NCBI GenBank assembly: GCA_028826165.1
Contig: JAPDFW010000022.1
Span: 1-64,000, forward strand
DNA: 64,000 bases
Reading direction: 5' to 3'
DNA from: Anaeramoeba ignava BMAN
Lineage: Eukaryota; Protista; Anaeramoebae
Below are positions 50,401 through 59,851 of this stretch, one piece after another (within the stretch, counting starts at the first letter, position 1; every line of letters begins with the position of its first letter). The notes under the pieces are model-generated. The model had not been told where the DNA came from and searched no databases. It saw only the letters and a program-made list of their open reading frames with translations. Both the position numbers and the translations under genes were made by a program.

Positions 50401-50560
50401 TCATACTCAAACAGCTATTCATTTCGTAACTGAATTAACAGGTGCTAAATTTTTAACATCAAAAGATGGTTCATCTTGGATTATTGAATGTGAGGGAATT
50501 GGACACAAAAATGGATTAAGTATGAAAGATAGAGAAGAATTAGAAACTAATCAAAAATGA
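47405..50560 (+). CDS. RTCA: RNA 3'-terminal phosphate cyclase, 5 exons
   Basis: IDGSILEGGGQIIR, IRGNRPKPGLKRQHL, GGTNVPLSP, RRGFYPKGNG, CVDRHTQDQLIIFMALA (catalytic His). Confidence 0.95.
47940..49170. repeat. Intronic composite minisatellite (aaacaaattta 11-mer and ~40-bp ggaattctaaattaattaaaacaaatttaaaaaat units)
   Basis: About 1.2 kb tandem array within RTCA intron 3. Confidence 0.85.
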
Positions 50561-50675
50561 AAAAGATCCAAAATTTTATTATAATAAAGTCCATAAAAAA
50601 ATTCATAAAAAAATCCTTCTTATTTCTTGATATTTTAATATCTTGATATTTTATTATTTTGATATTATTTTGATA

Positions 50676-52492
50676 TTATTTTCTTTTATAAGCTTTTTCT
50701 AATTCATTTTCATAGAAAGTACTATCAGAAATTTGATAAAATTCATGAGCATCAGAAAGTTCTTTTTTTTCTTTTTTTGTAATTTCTGATATAAATTGAT
50801 CATGATAAAGAAACTCAATAAATTTTTGAATTACTTTGCTACTTCTTTTGGAATAATCATGAACTCTATGAGATTGATCATTAACATTAATAAACATCCC
50901 ACGAAACAAATCAGTTCTTGCCAAAAGAATAATTGAATGAACAGGGATTTCGGAATTTTCTGAAATGATCACAAAATCTTTTGATTCATTTTTTGAATAT
51001 AAATTAGAAATTGATTTCAAAACCCCAAAATAACCAATTGAATCTTCAATTTGAATTTCAGAAAATCCAAGAGAAATCAAAATATCGGATGTTTTTCCTT
51101 GTAATTTCCCAGAATAAACCCAATCAAAAAAATCTATAATTGATTCCTTTGTTTTATCTTTCAAAATATTTTTTAGATGATCCACTTTTTCAATTCCGAT
51201 TCGATTTTGCAAAATTAAAGAATGATAAGAGATAGGTGTGTTTTGGCCAATAGGAACAATCTCAGAATCACAAAGTTCATGACGATGGAAAAGGTTGTGC
51301 ATATCATTTAATAAGGAGGAAATCCTTTTAGTGTAAACAAAACTACCCAAGGCAGAGCATTCTATGCATATTTCTCCTTGAGAAATAAAACCAGGGAGTT
51401 CAATTTCAGTTGGTGAAGATAAGAATAAAGTATTTTGGCTGAATCCAAGCTCACCAAATCCACTGCTAGTTCCCCATATATATATCTTGTTATCTCTAGA
51501 AAGAGCCAACGAATGGGAACTTCCGCATGAAATTGAAATGATTTCTTTCTCGAATAAACTTTGTATTTCTTGGAATTCCGTGAGTTTTTTATTTAGTCCA
51601 TTTTGTCTATTACTTCCTACTGTAAAAACTCTGTTGTTTTCACTCCCCTTAATAAGTACAAGCGAGTGATAATAACTTGTTTCTAATTGGATTACGTTTT
51701 GTTTGCTTAAAAATCCATTTTTCACAAGTTTTGGTTCTCCATTTGATATCTTTCCAATTCCAAGTTGTCCATAATCATTTCTTCCACAAGCAAAAAATTC
51801 CCCATTAAGTTTTTCAGCAAAGAAAAAATGAGAATCGTTGCCGGAAAAAACTTTCTTGATTCCGGCACAAATTTCACTAATTTCATCATCTTGATTTTTG
51901 TTTCCGTTGCCTCTTTGTCCAAATGAATTGTATCCAAATGAGAACAACTTGTGATCTGAAGTGACAACATAAGAAGTAAGAACTCCACAACAAATTGATT
52001 CGATTGAAATTTTTTCGAAAAATGGAATTTTTTGTGGATTTTGATTTGATTTGTCTTTTAATCCTAATTGATTATAACCATTATTTCCCCAAGAATAAAG
52101 AGTTCCGTTGAATGATTTAGCAAGAAAAAAGCTTGAACCGCTATCAATTTGTTCTATTGGTTCAAGTCCTTCTAGATCAGTCATTTTAAAATTTTGAAGA
52201 TGTTTGATTTTATGGTCTTCATTTATAAAACAAGTTGAATTTGCTTCTCCACAAATTTTTTCAATATAAACATTTTTTCCAAATGGTTCGATTATTGTTG
52301 GTTGCCAAATTATATTGTTATTACTTTGATTTCGTGGGAGACTTGTTTGTCCATTAGAATTACGACTTTAAAAAAATTTTGAATTAAAAAAATTTTGAAT
52401 TAAAATTTTGAATTTAAATTTTGAATTTAAATTTTGAATTAAAATTTATATTTTAAATTAATATATTTTATTTACCCCCAAGCAAAATGCAT
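50676..52492 (-). CDS. RCC1-repeat + tandem BTB protein, 2 exons
   Basis: Exon 1 ATG CAT TTT GCT TGG GG|gt, intron 52475-52366. RCC1 motifs WGNNGYNQLG, GRNDYGQLG, ISCGSSHSLAL; BTB HELCDSEI and PVHSIILLARTDLFRGMF. Confidence 0.9.
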
Positions 52493-52553
52493 TTAAAAAA
52501 AAATGAAAATGAAAATGAAAAAAATGAAAATAAAAATGAAAATAAAAAAAATT

Positions 52554-54880
52554 TTAATTTGAATCAAATTGATTTGATAATTTATCCCAAACTTCTTCAC
52601 TAAGTAAAGAATCATTATTTAATTGATAATAATCAACAGCATCAAGAAGTTGTTCAGCTGTATTCACAGAAATATTTGGATCGAGATGATCAAAATAGAG
52701 GAATTTAACTAAATTTTGAACAGCATCAAAAGATCTACCACTAAGATCAGGTGCTTGATTACTTTTATCATTTTGAACACACAAAAACATTCCTTTATAC
52801 AATTCACTTCTACAGAAAAGTACAAATTTATGAACCTTGATTTCTTCACCAGAAACAAATATTGAAAAATCAGCTGATTTTCGATCTTCATATATTTTCA
52901 TCATGTCTCTAAGTAATCCTTTACGTCCTCCATTTAATAATATTCTTTTTTCTTCAATTCCCATTGAAATTAATATTTTCTTCATATTTGAAAATTCAAA
53001 TTCACTTTCTAAAAGAAGTTCCCATTCTCTTCCATGAACCCATTTTAATATTTTTAATATTGTTTCTTTTTGATATTTCTTGCTTATCTCAATAAAATTA
53101 CTAATTGGAATTCCAAGTCGAATTTCAATTAGTTGTGAAACACTATTAATATATCCATCAAGACATTCAATTTGAACATCTGATGAAATCGTTTCATCAA
53201 TTAAAGAAATAAAATCATCTGTATAAGATGTATAGCATTTTAGCCTGTGTTTAATTTCTGGATTAGTTGCAAGATTGATTGAAGAATTCCCCTTTTTTTT
53301 TAATTTTATTTTAGTTTTTAATTTCGAATCTGAATTTAATTTCTTACTTCCTTTTGTTTTTTTTTTTTCAAAATCAATAAATATTCAAAAAATTTTATTT
53401 TCTCATCAAAAATATTTATAATATTTACAATATTTTTTACAACAGGCGATGCTCCATAATTAAGTAATTCTTGTACAATATTTATATTTGATAAACGAGA
53501 AGCAATTTGTAATGGCGTAAATTTCTATTTAATGAGAAATAAATACATTCTAAATAAAATTGAAACTGATATTTTTTAAAATAAAAAATTTATTAGTTTT
53601 ACTTGCTAATTTTAAATGTAAAATTTCTTTTTGTTTTTTCTTTTGGTTTTGTGTTTGATATTTTTACAAAATTTTTCATATCAACAAAAGAATTATTTTC
53701 CAAAAGAATCTGAACAATTTCTTCATTTTGAGACATTACTGCAAAATGAAGTGATGTATTTCCCTTTAATTTTTTTTTGTTTTTCAATTAATCCAAAATA
53801 ATTTTAAGAAGAAATAAAAATAAACACTCTTTTTTAATCATTTTCAATTTAAATTAATTTACATTCTAAAACGAAGATAAAAAATATAAAAAAAATATAT
53901 GAAATATTTAATTAAAAAAAATACTTTATTTTGATGATTAACATCTGCATTAAATTTGAGTAATTCAACTACAATATTTGTTCTTGCCTTAAGAGAAGCT
54001 TTTTGCAAAGCACTATTTTCCTTTTGATAATAAAAATTAAATCAATTTTCTTCTTGTCATTCCAAAAAATCAAACAACTTTTTTTTTTTACATTTTATAA
54101 TTTTTAATAACAATTTACAAACTAAATTATTAATTAATTAATAATTGAGATTTCATATTTCAAAATTTCAAAAAAAAAGAAGTTGTTTTTCTACATTATT
54201 AAATAAATTTGGATTTGCTTTTGCTCTAAGCAATCGAGAGACAATATTTAAATGTCCTTTTTTAGATGCTACAAATAAAGATGTTTCTCCCTTAAATTAA
54301 TATAAAAAAATCAAATAGGGAAAATATTGGTTATTTTTATAAATTTTTTCAAATAAAATACATTTTTATTTCTTTGATCAACAAAAATTTTGCATGCTAA
54401 TAATTCTTCTACTATTTCTTCATATCCTTTTTTACTTGCAACATATAAAGCAAATTCACCCTTTGAAATTAATTAATTACAAAATAATAAATTACAAAAT
54501 AATAAATTACATAATAAAATAATAAATTAATAAATTACAATCTAAATAAAAAAATAAATAATAAAATAATAAATAAAATAAGATAAAATTGATAGATTTT
54601 TTCTCTACATCATTAATAGCATTAATAGATGGTCCACTTTTTAGAATTTCTTGAACAATTTCAAGAAACCCTTTTCTAGATGCAACAATTAAAAGTGTAT
54701 CACCCTTAATAATAAATATTATTTTAAAAAGAAAAGAAAAGAAAAGAAATTGATTGTAAAAATTTATACATTTTCTCCAACTCCATAAGCATTTAAAGAA
54801 CTATTTCTTTTAATTAATTTAAGTGCTTTTTTAGGATTATCTTTTTCTAATAATTCAATAATTTTTTTAGTTTCTTCCAT
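52554..54880 (-). CDS. Ankyrin-repeat + tandem BTB protein, 8 exons
   Basis: Exons GDTLLIVASRKG, GEFALYVASKKG, GETSLFVASKKGH, ENSALQKAS, GNTSLHFAV, KFTPLQIAS; BTB ADFSIFVSGEEIKVHKFVLFCRSELYKGMF. Confidence 0.88.
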
Positions 54881-55074
54881 TTTAAAAAAAAAATAAATGA
54901 AAAGAAAAAAATGAAAATCAAAAATTGTTTCCAAAAAAAATTTTTTTCATTTTTGATTTTCATTTTTTTTTCATTTTTGATTTTCATTTTTCTCTTTTCT
55001 TTCTAAATAAAAATTAATTATAAATTATTTAATATCATTTTCTTGACAGAAAAAATTTTTTTGAATTTAAAAAA

Positions 55075-55683
55075 ATGTCTGAAAAAAAAACAAAAGAAAA
55101 AACAACAGAAAAAGAAAAAAAAACAAAAGAAAAAAAGACAAAAGGAAAAGATGAACAAATGAAGCAATTACTTTTAAATGGATTTCAAGAACTGGATCGA
55201 GAAAGCATCAAAAAATGGAAAAAAGTGAATCAAAACACAACAAAATTATCTCAAAAAGCAGAACAAATAGATGGATTAGTTTTTCAATTGAGTGATTTAG
55301 CAGAAACACAATATGATTCATGGATTCGATTGTATCGACAGTTTTTAACACTTTCTGATATGATGAAAGAATTTGAACAATGTTACCATTTATTAGATTT
55401 AATCACACAAAAATACACAAATTTAAAAGAAAAACTTCCTAATTTTGCTCAAAATCATTACGAGCAAGAACTCATAAAGACAAAGAATTATTATCAAAGA
55501 GGAACTGCTCAACTTAAGGAAAATCAATTAGTTGAACTTTCTAATTTTGAATATTCTCTTAAAAGAAGAGCTCTTCTTCGTCAAAATCTTTATCGTGAAT
55601 CTATTTCTCAATCTACTCCAATAAAACAAAAACCGAAAAATTCTGATGAATCAAAAATTAAGAAAGATTCCAAAGAAAATTAA
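55075..55683 (+). CDS. Coiled-coil protein resembling dysbindin (BLOC-1 subunit 8)
   Basis: NGFQELDRESIKKWKKVNQNTTKLSQKAEQIDGLVFQLS aligns by eye to dysbindin [38 protein letters not shown]; late RQNLYRES resembles RQKFFEEA. Confidence 0.55.
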   Translation: MSEKKTKEKTTEKEKKTKEKKTKGKDEQMKQLLLNGFQELDRESIKKWKKVNQNTTKLSQKAEQIDGLVFQLSDLAETQYDSWIRLYRQFLTLSDMMKEFEQCYHLLDLITQKYTNLKEKLPNFAQNHYEQELIKTKNYYQRGTAQLKENQLVELSNFEYSLKRRALLRQNLYRESISQSTPIKQKPKNSDESKIKKDSKEN

Positions 55684-55713
55684 TTTTCGGTTTTTTTTAA
55701 TAAAAAAAATCTT

Positions 55714-56212
55714 TTAATTTTGATTTTCATTTTGATTTTGATTTTGATTTTCATTTTGATTTTGATTTTCATTTTGATTTTGATTTTGATTTTGATTTTG
55801 ATTTTCATTTTGATTTTGATTTTGATTTTGATTTTTATTTTGATTTTGATTTTGATTTTGATTTTGATTTTGATTTTGAATTTGATTTTTGATTTTTGTT
55901 TTCATTTTGATTTTGATTTTGATTTTGATTTTGATTTTGATTTTGATTTTGATTTTGATTTTGATTTTGATTTTCATTTTGATTTTTATTTTAATTTTGA
56001 TTTTTATTTTGATTTTGAATTTGGTTTTGATTTTGATTTTGATTTTGATTTTGATTTTGATTTTGATTTTGATTTTATTTTGATTTTTATTTTGATTTTG
56101 ATTTTGATTTTGATTTTGATTTTGATTTTGATTTTGATTTTGATTTTGATTTTGATTTTGATTTTGATTTTGATTTTGATTTTGATTTTCATTTTCATTT
56201 TCATTTTGATTT
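55714..56212. repeat. Intergenic (TTTTGA)n / (AATCAA)n array
   Basis: About 500 bp hexamer repeat with no supportable host gene. Confidence 0.85.
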
Positions 56213-56741
56213 GTAAATGTTGCAAGAAGTAAAAATCTCTTCAAAATTGAAAAGAAATACTCTTTTCATTTTGATTAAAAGAAATATAATAAAATAATTA
56301 GGATTTTTACTTCAAAACCAAAGTTATTCAAAAAAATTTGATTTTCAATTTTTATAAAAAAAATAAAAAAAGAAAAATAGTTTTTCAATAACTTTAGTTT
56401 CAAAAAAATGCAATAAAATGAAATCTTTGCATCATTCGACACAATTATTTCTTGGAATTTATTGAATTATAAAATAATAAAATCAATAAAAGGAAATAAA
56501 TGGTTTAATTATAAATGCATTGTTTTTAAAAAAATGAAATTTAATTTAATAAAAAATTAAATTAAAAATTAATTAAAAAATTAAAAAAAGGGAAAAAATT
56601 TTTTTCATTTTTTTCTTTTCAAAATTTTAATTCATATTATTCTATTTTTATTCTATTTTTTTTTATTAATTATTTAGAAAAACAAAAAAACACAAAAAAA
56701 ATAATTTTATCCAAAAATTTATTTAAAATTAAATTATAAGA

Positions 56742-59652
56742 ATGAAAAGTGTAATTAATAAATATCGACATTTTATGCAAAAAAAAGGGATACCAAAGGA
56801 TACAGAAGTCCTAATGATGGGAAACAAAAGATATTTACCAAATCCATCTGATAAAAAAAACAAATGGGAAGATTTCCAAGAAGATTTAATGTCTAGAATT
56901 TGGTTTTCTTATCGTACAAAAATTCCAGATTTTCCTCTTGATTCAAATTCAGATACTGGTTGGGGTTGTACCTATCGTTCTGTTCAAATGCTTTTAGCAC
57001 AAGCTTACAGTTCTATTTATTTAGGGAGAGGTATATTATTTAATATTATTTATTTAATATTTATTATTTAATATTTAATTATTTAATTATTTAATATTTA
57101 ATATTTAATATTTAATATTTATTATTAATATTTAATATTTATTATTTAATATTTAATATTTATTATTTAATATTTAATATTTATTATTAATATTTAATAT
57201 TTATTATTTAATATTTAATTATTATTTAATATTTAATATTTAATTATTTAATATTTAATATTTAATTATTTAATATTTAATATTTAATTATTTAATATTT
57301 AATTATTTAATATTTAATTATTTAATTATTTAATATTTAATTATTTAATTATTTAATTATTTAATTATTTAATTATTTAATTATTTAATATTTAATTATT
57401 TAATTATTTAATATTTAATTATTTATTATTTAATATATTTAATATTTAATTATTTAATAATTTATTATTTAATTATTTAATATTATTTTATTATTTTATT
57501 ATTTAATATTTAATATTTAATATTTAATATTTAATATTTAATTATTTATTATTTAATTATTTATTATTTAATTATTTTTATTTAATTATTTAATATTTAA
57601 TATTTAATATTTATTATTTATTATTTATTATTAATTATTTAATATTTAATTATTTAATATTTATTATATATTATTTATTTATTATTTAATATTTAATATT
57701 TAATATTTAATTATTTAATATTTAATATTTAATTATTTAATATTTAATATTTAATATTTAATATTTAATATTTAATTATTTAATATTTAATATTTAATTA
57801 TTTATTATTTAATTATTTAATATTTAATATTTAATATTTAATATTTAATATTTAATATTTATTATTTATTATTTAATATTTAATATTTATTATTTAATAT
57901 TTAATATATTTAAAAAATTTTAGATTGGAGACTTACTCATCCTGATACAAACCTTAAAAAATTTTATGTTTCTGTAAAGATGTAAAAAAATATCTTTCTT
58001 TTTCTTTTATTAAACTTAAATATTCTTCTAGATATTGAAACAATTTGCGGATGAAAAAGGAAAACCTTATTCTATTCATAATATGATGAAAAAATTAACT
58101 CAATTAGGTAAATCTTTTGGTGATTGGATTGGTCCAAATACTGCTTCTCAATGCATAAAGTAATTATTAATGAAATAATTTTATTAAAATGTTCTTAATA
58201 AAAGAAATTAATTTAACCTTTTTAAATATAAAAAAATTATTTCATTTTCTTATTATTTAACAGATTACTTGTTGAAGATCATCATTTTAAACATTTTAGA
58301 ATATATATTGCAAATGATGGTTTATTAAATTTATCAGAAGTTAAAGAATTAGCAACAAGAAAAATTGTTGATGAAGATGATTCAAAACAAAATCAAAATC
58401 AAAATCAAAATCAAAATCAAAATCAAAATCAAAATCAAAATCAAAATCAAAATGAAAATCAAAATCAAAATCAAAATCAAAATGAAAATACAAAATCAAA
58501 ATAAAAATCAAAATCAAAATAAAAATCAAAATCAAAATAAAAATCAAAATCAAAATCAAAATCAAAATACAAAATCAAAATAAAAATCAAAAATACAAAT
58601 CAAAATCAAAATCAAAATCAAAATCAAAATCAAAATCAAAATCAAAATAAAAATCAAAATCAAAATAAAAATCAAAATCAAAATCAAAATAAAAATCAAT
58701 TCCAAAATCAAAATCAAAATAAAAATCAAAATCAAAATAAAAATACAAATCAAAATAAAAATCAAAATCAAAATCAAAATAAAAATACAAATAAAAATAC
58801 AAAATCATAATTCAAAATCAAAATCAAATAATCCATTAGAAGATGATTTTTTTGAAAAATTATTAGAAGCTACTTCAAAAATTGAAATTGTAGAAGATGA
58901 TTTCATTGAAAAAAATAATAAAGAAATAGAAAATGAAAATGAAAATGAAAAAAATAATTCTAATCAAAAAGAAACTAAGAAAGAGAAACAAAAAAGAGTA
59001 AATTTTGAAAAAGAAAAAGAAAAAGAAAAAGAAAAAGGAGAAATTAAGCATAAAAGAAAACACAAAAGAAGAGAAAAAAACGAAAAAAAAGATATAGATT
59101 GGGTTCCTGTTCTTATAATTATTCCCATTCGTTTAGGAATTGAAAAAATTAATCCAATTTATTATAAAAATATTCTTTTCACTTTTTCAATGAGCCAAAG
59201 TATTGGAATTATTGGAGGAAAACCAAATTCTTCTTATTATTTCATGGCAAAACAAGGTAAAGCATTTTTCTTTTATTCAAAATTTACTATTTAATTTTTT
59301 ATCCGATTTTAATTATTTTAATTTTAATTTTAATTTTAATTTTAATTTTAATATTAATTTTAATTTTAATTTTTATAAATAATTTTTATAAATGAATTTT
59401 TAATCAAAAATAGATGATGAACTTTTCTTTTTAGATCCTCATAGAATTCAACCAGTTATTGATTTTTCTCTTCCAAAAATTAATACATCTTCATATCATT
59501 GTAAACATGTTTATAGAATTAATATCAAAAATTTAGATCCATCAATGGCATTTGGATTTATTTGTAAAACTTATTCAGATTTTCGACAATTTTCAAAAGA
59601 AGTTCGAAAATTTCATGATAAAACAAAAGACAAAATTTTTTTCATTAAATAA
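56742..59652 (+). CDS. ATG4: Autophagy cysteine protease ATG4 (peptidase C54), 5 exons, with large NQ/KE insert
   Basis: WFSYR, SDTGWGCTYRSVQMLLAQA (catalytic Cys), YSIH, IPIRLG, GIIGGKPNSSYYF, FLDPH (catalytic Asp/His), LDPSMAFG. Confidence 0.95.
57035..57915. repeat. Intronic pure-AT (tttaata/tttaatta)n repeat
   Basis: About 880 bp with no visible C or G, inside ATG4 intron 1. Confidence 0.9.
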
Positions 59653-59851
59653 CAAATTGATTTATTTGTGATTATTTTTAGTTGAATTAATATCATTTTA
59701 TCACAAAATCGATTAATATTAATTAATTGTTTTTAACTTCTTTCATCTTTTTTTTTTTCCTTTCTTTCTTTCTTTATTAAAAAAAGGGAAATAAAATTTA
59801 AAAAAGAAATTTCATTTTTTTCTTTTTCATTTTTTAAATTTTTTTTTTAAA

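Noticed and set aside
55714-56460. Possible small minus-strand gene ending in a poly-NQ tail
   Set aside because: Only a TTG-started, repeat-derived frame; no credible upstream exons
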